Of a stretch of DNA of 64,000 bases, positions 28,774-39,413 are shown one piece after another. Origin of the DNA: Myxococcota bacterium (GTDB lineage Bacteria > Myxococcota_A > UBA9160 > SZUA-336); assembly GCA_040902485.1 (NCBI GenBank), contig JBBDXF010000028.1:33270-97269 (forward strand). Direction: 5' to 3'. The notes below the pieces were generated by a model. It saw nothing but the letters and a program-made list of their open reading frames with translations. It did not search any database and was not told the origin of the DNA. The position numbers were made by a program, and so were the translations under genes. The stretch's first letter is position 1; each line of letters starts with the position of its first letter.

Positions 28774-30129
28774 TCACCAGAGCTCGAGCATCACGCTGCC
28801 GTACTGTCGGCCGCGTTGTACCACGACTACGACTCCGTCCTGACCGAGGATCTTCGGGATCGCACGCCGGAGCGACGTGCGGTCATCGACCCGTTCGCGG
28901 CCGATCTGGAGGATCAGATCGCCGGGCCGCAGCCCGCGCGACTGGGCCGCGCTGTGGGGCACCACGCTGGACACGAACAGTCCGCGCGGGGAGTCGATGC
29001 CGTACTTGCGCGCGAGCTGCGCGCTCCGCTCCGCGAGCTCGAGCCCGAGCAGGATCTGCGCGAACTCGTCGGCGCGCGTCTCGGGGAACTTCTCGGCCCG
29101 GAGCTCGACCCGGGTGCGCTGCCCGGCGCGGTCGAGCTCGAGCTTCACGATCTGCTCGACGGTGAGGCTGCGGGCGATCTCGTAGAAGTCGCGGCGCGTG
29201 CGCACGTCCGTGCCGTCGACGGCGACCAGCACGTCGCCGCGGCGCACACCCGCGGCCGCGGCCGGCGTGCCCTCGTACACGGTCGAGATCAGCACGCCCG
29301 TCGAGCGCTCGGCGCCGAGCGCTTCGCGCAGCTTCGGGGTCAGCTCCTGCAGCCAGATGCCGAGCCAGGCGGGCTGCACCTCGCCGTGGCGGATCAGGTC
29401 GTCGACGATGCGGCGCGCGCGGTTGATCGGGATCGCGAAGCCGATGCCCTGCGCGTTGCCCAGGATCGCGGTGTTGATGCCGATCACCTCGCCGTCCAGG
29501 TTCAAGAGCGGCCCGCCGGAGTTGCCGGGGTTGATGCTGGCGTCCGTCTGCAGGAAGCCGTGGTACTCGCGGCCGTCGCCGCGGATCGAGCGGTTCACGG
29601 CGGACAGGACGCCGGTCGTGACGGTGTGGTTCAAGCCGAACGGGTTGCCGATCGCGACCACGGTCTCGCCGATCATCACCGCGTCGGAGTCGCCGAGCTT
29701 GGGGGCGGGCAACGGTCCATCGGCGTGCAGGAGCACCACGGCCAGGTCGCTGCCCGGGTCGCCGCCGACCAGCTCCGCGTCGTACTGACGCCCATCGGAC
29801 AGGCTGACCCGAATCTGTGTCGCGCCCGCGAGCACGTGTTCGTTGGTCAGTACGTAGCCGGCGCTGTGGATGATCACCCCTGTGCCCAGGCTCGTGCTCG
29901 TGCTCGGCCGCGGGTTCATGAAACGTCGGAAGAACTCGTCGAAGAAGGGGTCGCCCCGGAAGAAGGGGTTGCCGGTGTCTGCGACCGCTTGCGTGGAGAC
30001 GATATTCACGGTCGAGGGCGCGCCGCTCTCGGCCGCCGCGACCACGGGAGTCCGCCGCGAGCCTTGGTCCGCGTGGGCGTCCGCGCACAGCGCACACGCG
30101 ATCAGGGCTGTCAGGACCGGCCGCGCCAT
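28774..30129 (-). CDS. HtrA-family serine protease with PDZ domains
   Basis: Signal peptide; TNEHV, DLAV, INPGNSGGP. Confidence 0.93.
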   Translation of the reverse strand: MARPVLTALIACALCADAHADQGSRRTPVVAAAESGAPSTVNIVSTQAVADTGNPFFRGDPFFDEFFRRFMNPRPSTSTSLGTGVIIHSAGYVLTNEHVLAGATQIRVSLSDGRQYDAELVGGDPGSDLAVVLLHADGPLPAPKLGDSDAVMIGETVVAIGNPFGLNHTVTTGVLSAVNRSIRGDGREYHGFLQTDASINPGNSGGPLLNLDGEVIGINTAILGNAQGIGFAIPINRARRIVDDLIRHGEVQPAWLGIWLQELTPKLREALGAERSTGVLISTVYEGTPAAAAGVRRGDVLVAVDGTDVRTRRDFYEIARSLTVEQIVKLELDRAGQRTRVELRAEKFPETRADEFAQILLGLELAERSAQLARKYGIDSPRGLFVSSVVPHSAAQSRGLRPGDLILQIGRERVDDRTSLRRAIPKILGQDGVVVVVQRGRQYGSVMLELW

Positions 30130-30170
30130 AGTAGAAATTCCGCGTTGGACGCTAGGACAGGTGCCGCGAT

Positions 30171-31313
30171 TTGGTAAGGGCGCTCTTCGCCGAGGTTTTC
30201 GGGGGGCCGCCCGCGAGCGCGGCGCGCGCGCCCGGCCGCGTGAACCTGATCGGCGAGCACACCGACTACAACGGCGGGCTGGTCTGCCCGGCGGCGATCG
30301 AGCTCGCCACGCGTGTTTCGCTTCGCCCGCGCGCGGATCTGCTGGTGCGCGGCCACTCGCGCGAACGCGGCGAGGCGGAGGCGCAGCTGCATGATCCGCC
30401 GGCCGGAACCTGGCTCGACTACGTCCGCGGCACCGCGCGGCTGCTCGCGGACGCGGGACCGGTGCGCGAGTCGGGCTTCGAGATCGCCGTGCTCTCCGAC
30501 CTGCCCGCGGGGGCGGGTCTGTCGAGCTCGGCCGCGCTCGAGGCCGCCACCGCGCTGGCGCTGCTCGCGGCATCGGGCGCGCCCGAGGTCGCGTTCGACC
30601 GGCCGGAGCTGGCGCGGCTGTGCCAGCGCGCCGAGGTGGAGTTCGCGGGCGTGCCGTGCGGCATCATGGACCACTACGCCGTCCTGTGTAGCCAGCCCGG
30701 CGCGGCGCTGCTGCTCGACTGCGCGCGCGTCGAGGCGCGCGCGGTGCCGCTTCCGGAGGGGCTCGAGCTCCTGATCTTCGACACCGGCGTCGAGCGCGCG
30801 CTGCGCGACGGCCGCTACGCCGAGCGGCGCGCGGAGTGCGAGCGCGCGCTGGTCGGCGCGCGCGCTGCGCTCGGCCGGCGGCTCGCGTCGCTCTCGGAGC
30901 TCGCGCTCGACGACTTCCCGCGGCTGGAGCGCGCGCTCGATCCGGTCGCCCTGCGGCGCGCGCGCCACGTGGTCGGCGAGAACGCTCGGGTCCGCGCGCT
31001 GGCGCAGGCGTTCGAGAAGCGCGATCTCGTGCGCGCGGGCGAGGCGATGTTCGCGTCGCACGAGAGCCTGCGCGTCGACTACGCGGTGACGGTTCCGGAG
31101 AGCGACGCGCTGGTCGAGGACTCGCGCGCGCTGCCGGGTTGCGTCGGCGCGCGCATGACCGGCGCGGGCTTCGGCGGCTGCACCGTGCACCTGGTCGAGG
31201 CCGGGCACGCGCGCGCCTTCGCGAGCGAGCTCGCGGGGCGCTTCCGCGCGCGCTTCGGCCGCGAGCCCCGCTACTTCCGCTCCCGCGCCGCCGCCGGTGC
31301 GAATCTGATATGA
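30171..31313 (+). CDS. galK: Galactokinase
   Basis: APGRVNLIGEHTDYN, PAGAGLSSSAA, CGIMD, ARMTGAGFGG. Start codon (TTG) uncertain. Confidence 0.92.
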   Translation: MVRALFAEVFGGPPASAARAPGRVNLIGEHTDYNGGLVCPAAIELATRVSLRPRADLLVRGHSRERGEAEAQLHDPPAGTWLDYVRGTARLLADAGPVRESGFEIAVLSDLPAGAGLSSSAALEAATALALLAASGAPEVAFDRPELARLCQRAEVEFAGVPCGIMDHYAVLCSQPGAALLLDCARVEARAVPLPEGLELLIFDTGVERALRDGRYAERRAECERALVGARAALGRRLASLSELALDDFPRLERALDPVALRRARHVVGENARVRALAQAFEKRDLVRAGEAMFASHESLRVDYAVTVPESDALVEDSRALPGCVGARMTGAGFGGCTVHLVEAGHARAFASELAGRFRARFGREPRYFRSRAAAGANLI

Positions 31314-31320
31314 GACGGGC

Positions 31321-32562
31321 ATGAACGAATTCGACGTCGTCGTGGCGGGCGCGGGCATCGGCGGCGGCGCCCTGGCGACGGTGCTCGCGCGCAGCGGCCT
31401 GTCCGTGCTCGTGCTCGAGAAGGACACCGAGTATCGCGACCGCGTGCGCGGGGAATGGATGGCGCCCTGGGGGGTCGTCGAGGCCAAGCGGCTGGGACTC
31501 TACGACACGCTGCGCGCGGCGGGCGGCCACCACGTGTCGGAGCACCGGACCTACCACGCTTCGCCCGATGCCTCGCCCGGACCGCAGAACGCGATCGACC
31601 TGCGGGGCCTGATTCCGGATGTCCCCGGGCCGCTCTGTCTCGGGCATCCTCGAATGTGTCGCATCCTGGCCGACGCCTCCGAGGCGGCCGGAGCGGTTCT
31701 GCAGCGCGGCGTCGAGCAGATCGTGCTCGGCGAGAAGCTGGGCGGACGGCGCGAGCTGCGCTTCGAGCACGCGGGCCAGACCCACACCGTGAGGTGTCGG
31801 ATCGCGGTCGGAGCGGACGGCCGCGGCTCGGTCATCCGCAAGCAGGCGGGCATCGCGCTGCACCGCGATCCCACGCACCACCTGTTCGCCGGCCTGCTCG
31901 TCGAGGGCGCGGACGGCTGGCCGGATTCGCTGCAGGTCACGGGCGTCGAGACGGACGCGCACTTCCTGGTCTTCCCCCAGGGCAAAGGCCGCGCCCGGCT
32001 CTACCTGGGCTACGCGCTCGAGCAACACAAGCGCCTCACCGGCCCGGATGCCGCGCAGCGCTTCCTCGAAGCGTTCCATCTGCGCTGCCTGCCCGAGGCC
32101 GAGGCGCTCGCGAACGCGCGACCCGCGGGCCCGTGTCACTCCTACGGAAACGAGGACACCTGGACCGACGCGCCGGTCGCCGACGGGGTGGTGCTGATCG
32201 GCGATGCCGCCGGCCACAACGACCCGATCATCGGCCAGGGTCTCTCGATCACCATGCGCGACGTGCGCATCGTGAGCGAACTCCTGCTCGGGAGCACGGA
32301 CTGGTCGCCCGAGCTCTTCGCACCCTACACCGAGGAGCGCCGGGAACGCATGGGCCGGCTGCGCTTCGTCGCGGCGCTCGATTCGAGCCTCGAGGGCGAG
32401 TTCGGCCCCGAGGCCGCGAAGCGCCGCGAGCGCGTGCGCGAGCTCCAAGCCGAGGACCCCATGCTCGCGCTCTGGTTTCTGGCCGCGTTCGCAGGCCCCG
32501 ATTCGCTCCCGCCCGAGGCCTTCGATCCCTCGATCCGCGAACGCCTGCTCGCGCCGGGCTGA
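31321..32562 (+). CDS. FAD-dependent monooxygenase/oxidoreductase
   Basis: GAGIGG, VGADG, LIGDAAG..DP..GQG. Confidence 0.9.
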   Translation: MNEFDVVVAGAGIGGGALATVLARSGLSVLVLEKDTEYRDRVRGEWMAPWGVVEAKRLGLYDTLRAAGGHHVSEHRTYHASPDASPGPQNAIDLRGLIPDVPGPLCLGHPRMCRILADASEAAGAVLQRGVEQIVLGEKLGGRRELRFEHAGQTHTVRCRIAVGADGRGSVIRKQAGIALHRDPTHHLFAGLLVEGADGWPDSLQVTGVETDAHFLVFPQGKGRARLYLGYALEQHKRLTGPDAAQRFLEAFHLRCLPEAEALANARPAGPCHSYGNEDTWTDAPVADGVVLIGDAAGHNDPIIGQGLSITMRDVRIVSELLLGSTDWSPELFAPYTEERRERMGRLRFVAALDSSLEGEFGPEAAKRRERVRELQAEDPMLALWFLAAFAGPDSLPPEAFDPSIRERLLAPG

Positions 32563-32580
32563 GCGGCGCGCGCGAGCCCG

Positions 32581-33969
32581 CTAGCGTCGGATCGCCGAGC
32601 GCGACGGAGTCGAGGGACTCGATGAGCTGGACGTCGGCGACGGCTCGGGCTTGGAGCGCGGGCTCACGAGCAGGAAGCGCGTGTCGTCGCCGCGCAGCGC
32701 GCGTACCAGGAACGGGCGGCCGCGCTTCTCGCCGAGCGCGCGGCGGAAGTCGTCGAGTGTCGCGATCGGCTCTTTCTCGATCTCCACGATCAGGTCGCCG
32801 CGCTGCATGCCCGCCTCGTCGGCTTCGGAGCCCGGCTCGACGAACGACACCAGCACGCCCTCGCGCTGCGGCAAGCGCTGGCCGCGGAAGCTCGCCTCGG
32901 TGACCTCCTCGACGGTGAAGCCGTGGGCGCTCTCCTCCTCGTCAGGCACGTACTTCGGCTGGGCGGCCAGCGTTGCGCGCAGCTCGCGGCGCTCGCCGCC
33001 GCGCCGCAGCTCGATCTCGACCTCCTTGCCGACACTCTTCAGTGCCACCAGGCGCTGGAACTGGCCGAGATCCTCGTCCTTCTCGGCGCGCAGCAGCTCG
33101 CCGTCGAAACTCATGAGCACGTCGCCGACCGCGATGCCCGCCGCCTCCGCGGGTGAGCCGTGCGCGACCGAGCCGACCACGACGCCGTGGGTGTCGGGCT
33201 CGCCCCAGTAGCGCGCGAGCTCGCGCGGCAGCGGCTGGATCGTCACGCCGAGGTAGCCGCGCGCGATCCGGCCCGCGTCGAGCAGGTCGCCGGAGACGCG
33301 CTTCGCGGTGTTGATCGGGATGGTGAAGCCGATGCCGCGGCCCTGGCCGCGCGAGTTGATGCCGACCACCTCGCCGCGCAGGTTGATCAGCGGCCCGCCC
33401 GACGAACCGTGATCGATCATGGCGTCGGTCTGGATGAAATCGTTCAGGAGCTGCTCGGTGCGCAGGTCGCGCCCCTTCGCGGACACGATGCCGAGCGAGA
33501 CGGAGCCCTCGAGCCCGTAGGGATTGCCGATCGCGATCACCCACTCGCCGACCGCGAGCTTGTCCGAGTCGCCGAGCTTGGCGAACGTGAACGGCGGCTC
33601 GCCGGCGCGCGGCACGAGCCGCAGCACCGCGACGTCGGTCTGCTTGTCGGTGCCGACGACCTCGGCGTCGTAGCGGCCGTCGCGGCCGGTGACGATCACG
33701 CTGACCTTCTCGGCGCGATCGACCACGTGCCAGTTGGTGAGCAGCACGCCCACGGGATCGATCAGGAAGCCCGAGCCCTCGATCAGGTCGCGGCGGTTGT
33801 TCACGCGCACCGCCGACTCGATGTGCACCACGGCCGGCGAGACGCGCTGGTTGACCTCGATGATGCGCGCCTGCAGCTCGTCGAGCGCGTCGCGCGCGAA
33901 CGCGGGCGGCAGGCCCGCGCAGCCGGTCAGCACGAACGAGAGGCTCGCGAGCAGCGCGCGCAGCGTCAT
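32581..33969 (-). CDS. HtrA-family serine protease with PDZ domains, variant active-site loop
   Basis: TNWHVV, DVAVL, QTDAMIDHGSSGGP. Confidence 0.9.
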   Translation of the reverse strand: MTLRALLASLSFVLTGCAGLPPAFARDALDELQARIIEVNQRVSPAVVHIESAVRVNNRRDLIEGSGFLIDPVGVLLTNWHVVDRAEKVSVIVTGRDGRYDAEVVGTDKQTDVAVLRLVPRAGEPPFTFAKLGDSDKLAVGEWVIAIGNPYGLEGSVSLGIVSAKGRDLRTEQLLNDFIQTDAMIDHGSSGGPLINLRGEVVGINSRGQGRGIGFTIPINTAKRVSGDLLDAGRIARGYLGVTIQPLPRELARYWGEPDTHGVVVGSVAHGSPAEAAGIAVGDVLMSFDGELLRAEKDEDLGQFQRLVALKSVGKEVEIELRRGGERRELRATLAAQPKYVPDEEESAHGFTVEEVTEASFRGQRLPQREGVLVSFVEPGSEADEAGMQRGDLIVEIEKEPIATLDDFRRALGEKRGRPFLVRALRGDDTRFLLVSPRSKPEPSPTSSSSSPSTPSRSAIRR

Positions 33970-34592
33970 CGCCAGGCCTCATCGGCGAGCGCGTGGCGGA
34001 ACTCACGGGCGGCGGCCACGGGATCGGGCGCGGCGCCGAGTGCGGCGGCCGCGGCCACGCCGGAGGCCCCGGCCGCGAGCAGCTCGGGCACCTGCTTCGC
34101 GGTCACGCCGCCGAGCGCGAAGGCCGGAATCGGCAGATCCGCGCAGGCGTTCCGCAGCCAGCTGCAGCCGCGTGCGGGCTCGCCCGGCTTGGATTCGGTC
34201 TGGTAGATCGGTGACAGCATCACGTAGCTCGCGCCCTCCGCGGCTGCGCGCCGCGCTTCGTCTCGGTCGTGCGCGGAATAGCCCACCAGTGCGTGTTCGC
34301 CCAGGAAGCCGCGCGCCTCGTTCACCGGCACCGCGTCCCGACCCAGGTGCACGCCGTCGAGCTCGAGCGCGCTCGCGACGTCGAGCCGCCGGCTCGAGAC
34401 TACGCGCAAGCCGCGTGCGCGCCAGGGCGCGAGCCGGCGCGCGGCCTCGGTCCACTCCGTTCCCGTCCAGCCCGGCTCCCGCAGCACGACGAGTTCGACG
34501 CCGCCGCGCGCGAGGCCTTCGATCACGTCGAGCAGCGGCCGACCGCCCGTGCTGCGCGGGCCGTCGCTCATGAAGCAGAGGCGCGGTTTCAC
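33966..34592 (-). CDS. thiE: Thiamine-phosphate synthase
   Basis: [29 protein letters not shown]. Coupled to thiG. Confidence 0.85.
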   Translation of the reverse strand: MKPRLCFMSDGPRSTGGRPLLDVIEGLARGGVELVVLREPGWTGTEWTEAARRLAPWRARGLRVVSSRRLDVASALELDGVHLGRDAVPVNEARGFLGEHALVGYSAHDRDEARRAAAEGASYVMLSPIYQTESKPGEPARGCSWLRNACADLPIPAFALGGVTAKQVPELLAAGASGVAAAAALGAAPDPVAAAREFRHALADEAWR

Positions 34593-35368
34593 GGCAGATC
34601 GATCAGTCCCTGCTCGGGGCTCGAGGCCTGGGCGTGCAGGCGGCGCGGCATGCGGCCCGCCTCGTAGGCCGCGCGCCCGGCCTCGACCGCGAGCTTCATG
34701 GCGTGCGCCATCTTGATCGGGTCCTTGGCCGCGGCGATGCCCGTGCTCATCAGCACCGCCGTGCAGCCGAGCTCCATCGCGATCGCGGCGTCGGACGCGG
34801 TGCCGACGCCGGCGTCGACGATAACCGGACACGAGACGCTCTCCAGGATGATGCGGATGTTGGCCGGATTGCGGATCCCGAGGCCAGAGCCGATCGGCGC
34901 GCCGAGCGGCATCACCGCCGCGCAGCCGATCTCCTCGAGCCGCATGCAGGCCACCGGATCGTCCGTGATGTAGGGCAGCACGGTGAAGCCCTCGGCGACC
35001 AGGATGCGCGCGGCCTCGAGCGTGGCCACGGTGTCGGGAAACAGCGTGCGCGGGTCGCCGATCACCTCGAGTTTCACGAGCCTGGTGCCGAGCAGCTCGC
35101 GCGCGAGCTGAGCGGTCAGCACCGCTTCCTTGGCGGTGCTACACCCGGCGGTGTTGGGGATGATGTGGAAGCGCTCGGGCGGGATCCAGTCGAGCAACGA
35201 CCCGGCGGCGCGCGAGGTCAGATCGACGCGGCGGACCGCGACCGTCGTCAGCTCGGTGCCGCTCGCGTCCAGCGCGAGCCGGTTCTCCTCGAACGACTTG
35301 TACTTCCCCGAGCCGACGATCAGCCGCGAGTGCAGCTCCAGATCCCCGAGCCGGAACGACGAGCTCAA
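34589..35368 (-). CDS. thiG: Thiazole synthase
   Basis: [33 protein letters not shown]. Confidence 0.96.
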   Translation of the reverse strand: MSSSFRLGDLELHSRLIVGSGKYKSFEENRLALDASGTELTTVAVRRVDLTSRAAGSLLDWIPPERFHIIPNTAGCSTAKEAVLTAQLARELLGTRLVKLEVIGDPRTLFPDTVATLEAARILVAEGFTVLPYITDDPVACMRLEEIGCAAVMPLGAPIGSGLGIRNPANIRIILESVSCPVIVDAGVGTASDAAIAMELGCTAVLMSTGIAAAKDPIKMAHAMKLAVEAGRAAYEAGRMPRRLHAQASSPEQGLIDLP

Positions 35369-35568
35369 GCGCCACCTCCGACGGCGTGGATCACCTCGAC
35401 CTTGTCGCCGTCGCGGACCAGGACCTCCGCGAAGCGCGACTTCGGCACCACCTCGGCGTTGATCGCGACCGCGACCCGCTGCCGTCGGAGATCGAAGCGG
35501 GTCAGCAGGTCGAGTACGCTGAGGGGGGCCGGCGTCTCGTGCGATTCGCCGTTCAGCACGTACCTCAC
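35365..35568 (-). CDS. thiS: Sulfur carrier protein ThiS
   Basis: [23 protein letters not shown](A). Confidence 0.93.
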   Translation of the reverse strand: MRYVLNGESHETPAPLSVLDLLTRFDLRRQRVAVAINAEVVPKSRFAEVLVRDGDKVEVIHAVGGGA

Positions 35569-35608
35569 GCGCGGGACGTTAGCGGAAAGCTCGCCTAGAT
35601 TGAAGCGC

Positions 35609-36727
35609 GTGAGCGGGCCCTCGAAGTCACGCGCCTGGGCGGAGATCGACCGGGGCGCGCTGGTGCGCAACTTGCGCGCGATCCGCGCGCGCGCGCACGG
35701 CCGGCGCGTGATCGCGGTCGTGAAGGCGGACGCCTATGGACACGGCGCGGTGCTGGTCGCGCGCGCGCTCGCCGCCGAAGGCTGCGACGCGTTCGCGGTG
35801 ATCTCCGTCGACGAGGCGCTCGAGCTGCGCGACGCCGGGCTGCGCGAGCCGATCCTGGTGCTCGGCGGGCTGCTCGAGCCCGACGAGGCGGACACCGCGC
35901 TCGCGCGCGACCTGACGCCGGTGGTGAGCCGCGTCGAGACGCTGGACTGGCTGGCGAAGGCGGCGTCGCGCGCGGACCGGGCGGCGGTCTTCCACCTGAA
36001 GCTCGACACGGGCATGGGCCGCCTGGGCCTCGCGGCCGAGGACCTGCCGGTCTTCCTGGACCGCCTGCGCGCGGCCCCGGAGCTGCGCCTCGAAGGCGTG
36101 ATGAGTCACCTCGCCGAGGCCGACGACCTCGAGGCCGAGGCGACGGACCGCCAGCGCGCGCAGTTCGCGGCGCTGGTCGCGCGCGTGAACGCGGCCGGCT
36201 TCGCGCCCGACTGGATCCACCTCGACAACTCCGCGGGCATCGCGCGCGGCGCGACGCCGGGCACGAACGCGGTGCGGCCGGGGCTCTGGCTGTGGGGCGC
36301 CGAGCCGATGCTCGGCGGCGGGCACGCGCTCGAGCCGGTGATGAGTCTGTTCGCGCGCGTGATCCACGCCAAGGTCGTCGGCCCGGGCACGAAGATCGGC
36401 TACGGCGGCGACTTCGTCGCGCGCGAGACCTCGCGCATCCTGACGCTCGCGATCGGCTACGCCGACGGACTGCCGCGCGCCGTCGGCGGCCGGATCGAGG
36501 TGGGCTGGCGCGGCCGGCGCGTGCCGCTGGTGGGCCGCGTGTCCTGCGACCTCGCGACCGCGGCTGCGCCGGGCGGTGAGCGGATGGAGCCGGGCGACGC
36601 GGTGCTTCTCTTCGGCAGGAGCGGCGCGCTCGCGATCCCCGTCGAGGAGACCGCGCGCGCCGCGGGCACGATCTCCTACGAGATCCTGGCGCGCATCGGC
36701 CCGCGCGTGCCGCGCATCGCGACTTGA
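35609..36727 (+). CDS. alr: Alanine racemase
   Basis: [36 protein letters not shown]. Confidence 0.95.
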   Translation: MSGPSKSRAWAEIDRGALVRNLRAIRARAHGRRVIAVVKADAYGHGAVLVARALAAEGCDAFAVISVDEALELRDAGLREPILVLGGLLEPDEADTALARDLTPVVSRVETLDWLAKAASRADRAAVFHLKLDTGMGRLGLAAEDLPVFLDRLRAAPELRLEGVMSHLAEADDLEAEATDRQRAQFAALVARVNAAGFAPDWIHLDNSAGIARGATPGTNAVRPGLWLWGAEPMLGGGHALEPVMSLFARVIHAKVVGPGTKIGYGGDFVARETSRILTLAIGYADGLPRAVGGRIEVGWRGRRVPLVGRVSCDLATAAAPGGERMEPGDAVLLFGRSGALAIPVEETARAAGTISYEILARIGPRVPRIAT

Positions 36728-36774
36728 TTCTCGCGTCCGCCCCGCGTACATCGGGGCCGAACAGGGAGGGACGG

Positions 36775-38058
36775 ATGCGCGTGCTCGTGCTGGGGTCCGG
36801 TGGCCGCGAGCACGCGCTCGTGTGGGCGATCGCGCGCAGCCCGCTGGTCGAGGAGGTGCTGTGCGCGCCGGGCAGCGATGGCATCGCCGCTGACGCGCGC
36901 GTGCTCGCGATCGACGCCGCCGACGCGCGCGCCGTGATCGAGGCGGTGAAGCGCGAGGGCGTGTCGCTGGTCGTGATCGGGCCCGAGACGCTGCTCGCCG
37001 ATGGCATCGCGGATCGGCTCGGCGAAGCGGGCGTCGCGGTGTTCGGCCCGAGCGCCGAGGCCGCGCGGCTCGAGTCGAGCAAGCACTTCGCCAAGACCTT
37101 CATGCTGCGGCACGGCATTCCCACCGGGTCGTTCGCGTCCTTCAGCTCGGCCGATGCAGCCGAGGCGCACGTGCGCGCGCTGGGCGGTCCGTGCGTGGTG
37201 AAGGCCGACGGGCTGGCGGCGGGGAAGGGCGTCAGCGTGTGCGCGGGGCCGGACGAAGCGCTGTGCGCGATCGGCGAGATCATGCGCGAGCGGCGCTTCG
37301 GCGACTCGGGCAACGAGGTGGTGATCGAGGAGCGGCTGCTCGGCGAAGAGGCGAGCTACTACGCGCTGTGCGACGGCGAGCGCTTCGTGCCGTTCTCGCA
37401 CGCGCAGGACCACAAGCGCGCGCTCGACGGCGACCGCGGCGAGAACACCGGTGGCATGGGCGCGTACTCGCCCGCCGCGCCGATCGACGCGCGGCTGGAA
37501 CGCGTGATCGCGGAGACGATCGTGCGCCCGACGCTCGACGGCATGCGTGAAGAGGGCCGGCCGTTCCGCGGCGCGCTGTTCGTGGGGCTGATGATCGATG
37601 CGGGCGTGCCGCGCGTGATCGAGTTCAACGCGCGCTTCGGCGACCCCGAGACGCAGGCGCTCCTGTTCCGGCTCGAGTCCGACATCGTGCCCCTGCTGGT
37701 CGGCGCGGCCGAGGGTCGCCTGCCCGCGGATTGTCCGCCGGTGCGGCTCGGCGATCCGGCGGTCTGCGTGGTGCTGGCGAGCGAGGGCTACCCGCGCACG
37801 CACGCGAGCGGGCGCGAGATCACCGGGCTCGAGGCGCTCGCGAACCTGCCCGACGCAAAGGTGTTTCACTCGGGCACGCGCCGCATCGGCGAGCGCTGGG
37901 AGACCGTGGGCGGGCGCGTGCTCGGCGTGACCGCGCGCGGCGCGACGCTCGAAGCGGCGCGCGCACGGGCCTACGCGCTCGCCGGCCGCATCCACTTCGC
38001 GGGCGCGCACTACCGGCGCGACATCGGCGCGCGGGCGCTCGGCGCGAAGCCGGCGTGA
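36775..38058 (+). CDS. purD: Phosphoribosylamine-glycine ligase
   Basis: [40 protein letters not shown]. Confidence 0.97.
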   Translation: MRVLVLGSGGREHALVWAIARSPLVEEVLCAPGSDGIAADARVLAIDAADARAVIEAVKREGVSLVVIGPETLLADGIADRLGEAGVAVFGPSAEAARLESSKHFAKTFMLRHGIPTGSFASFSSADAAEAHVRALGGPCVVKADGLAAGKGVSVCAGPDEALCAIGEIMRERRFGDSGNEVVIEERLLGEEASYYALCDGERFVPFSHAQDHKRALDGDRGENTGGMGAYSPAAPIDARLERVIAETIVRPTLDGMREEGRPFRGALFVGLMIDAGVPRVIEFNARFGDPETQALLFRLESDIVPLLVGAAEGRLPADCPPVRLGDPAVCVVLASEGYPRTHASGREITGLEALANLPDAKVFHSGTRRIGERWETVGGRVLGVTARGATLEAARARAYALAGRIHFAGAHYRRDIGARALGAKPA

Positions 38059-38651
38059 TCGTCGGGCTCGACGAGGCGGTCGCGCGGCTCGCGCGCGGCG
38101 AGCTCGTCGCCTATCCGACCGAAACCGTCTACGGGATCGGCGCCGACACGTTCTCGCCGACGGCGCTGGCAACGCTGCTGGCGCTGAAGGGCAGGGACGC
38201 CGAGCGCGGCCTATCGGTGTTGGTGCCCGATGCGGCCGCGCTCGCGCGCATCGCCGCGCCGCTCCCACCCGAGGCGGCGCGACTCGCCGCGCGCTTCTGG
38301 CCCGGTCCGCTGACGCTCGTCGTGCCGGTCGCCGACCCCCGCTTCGCAGGCGTTCGCACACCGCTCGGTGTCGGCTTTCGCTGCTCGCCGCAACCGACCG
38401 CGAGCGCGCTCGCGCGCTCGGCCGCTCGGCCGATCGTCTCCACGAGCTGCAACCGCAGTGGCGAGCCGCCGTGCACGAGCGCGGCCGAGGTCGAGCGCGC
38501 GTTCGGGCCGGCGCTCGCGATCGCGGGCGGCGAGCCCGCCTTCGGCCTCGCGCCCTCCACGGTCGTCGCCGTCTCGAGCGCCGGCGCGCTCACCCTGCTG
38601 CGCGACGGCAGCGTCCGATTCGCCGAGCTGGAAGCGCTCCTGTCGGGCTAG
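38055..38651 (+). CDS. tsaC: L-threonylcarbamoyladenylate synthase (YrdC/TsaC)
   Basis: [32 protein letters not shown]. Confidence 0.92.
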   Translation: MIVGLDEAVARLARGELVAYPTETVYGIGADTFSPTALATLLALKGRDAERGLSVLVPDAAALARIAAPLPPEAARLAARFWPGPLTLVVPVADPRFAGVRTPLGVGFRCSPQPTASALARSAARPIVSTSCNRSGEPPCTSAAEVERAFGPALAIAGGEPAFGLAPSTVVAVSSAGALTLLRDGSVRFAELEALLSG

Positions 38652-38814
38652 TGTCCCGTCTCAGAAGTTCGCTCGCGTTCTCGGCGGCCGATGCATCCGC
38701 GCTCGCGGCGTTGCACTCGCTCGACGAATCAACCGATTCGCCTCGTTCGTGCGCCTTGCGAGCGCGGCGCCTCGACCGCGAGAATCGCTTCGGAACTCCT
38801 GAGACCGCTTCTAG
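38648..38814. mobile_element. MITE-like fold-back element (159 bp) between two CTAG sites
   Basis: CTAG at 38648-51 and 38811-14. Subterminal inverted repeats GTCTCAGAAGTTC (38658-70) and GAACTCCTGAGAC (38793-805). Nested inverted repeats fold the element into one long hairpin. Non-coding. Confidence 0.7.
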
Positions 38815-39176
38815 TCCACGGGTCCGATCCGCAGGCGCATGTCCTTTGGTGCGGACTCGCCGAGCAGCTCGCGCAGGCGGGCGAAGATCGCGGGCTTCTC
38901 GAGCTGCAGCGCCTGCATCCACGACGAATCTCGGACGCGCGCGTGGATCACTCCGTTGCGCACCCCGTCCGGGCGACAGTGCTCCTGGAAGGCGGGCCCG
39001 ACGGCCTGGTCCCAGGCGCGGATCACCTGCACGGCCTGGGCGGTCGCGCCCAGACCCACCTCGTCGAGCATGCGCGGCAGCAGGTCGGCGAGCGATTCGG
39101 GCGGGTTGTTCCGGCGCACCGGTCCCGCCGGCGCGCGCCGTCGGGAATTGCGTTCGGGATCTCCGCCGCGCTGCAC
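38811..39176 (-). CDS. DUF721 / DciA-family protein
   Basis: W..AVG....HCRP.....G...ARV..SSW...L pattern, C-terminal MRLRIG. GTG 39176 lies 6 nt after TACCAT. Confidence 0.8.
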   Translation of the reverse strand: MQRGGDPERNSRRRAPAGPVRRNNPPESLADLLPRMLDEVGLGATAQAVQVIRAWDQAVGPAFQEHCRPDGVRNGVIHARVRDSSWMQALQLEKPAIFARLRELLGESAPKDMRLRIGPVD

Positions 39177-39215
39177 GTCAGGATGGTACCCGACGTGCTA
39201 ACGTCGGCGCCGGAA

Positions 39216-39413
39216 ATGCCCAAGCGCGCGCTCATCACCCTGAAGTGCGACTTCTGCGGGGCCGAGGCCCTCCGGGTGCGCCGGGTCGCGCTCGACACCG
39301 GGTACGACCGCCTCGGCCAGCGCCACGTCGTCCGCTACGCCTGCGACACCTGCTCGCGGGAGAAGGAAGCGGCCCGCGCCGCCAAGGTTGACTCACGCCA
39401 GAAGCCCTTATAG
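39216..39413 (+). CDS. Small putative zinc-ribbon protein (65 aa)
   Basis: MPKRALITLKCDFC...YACDTC has two CxxC motifs and GC3-rich codons. TGcTAACGT lies upstream. Confidence 0.65.
   Translation: MPKRALITLKCDFCGAEALRVRRVALDTGYDRLGQRHVVRYACDTCSREKEAARAAKVDSRQKPL

Noticed and set aside
36520-36560. Alanine racemase GRVSCD in place of GRV(C/S)MD
   Set aside because: The catalytic Lys and Tyr motifs are intact; a single substitution is weak evidence of new function.
38652-38810. tRNA, riboswitch or CRISPR interpretation of the structured intergenic region
   Set aside because: No cloverleaf or T-loop motif and no repeat-spacer periodicity. A single long hairpin with CTAG flanks fits a MITE better.
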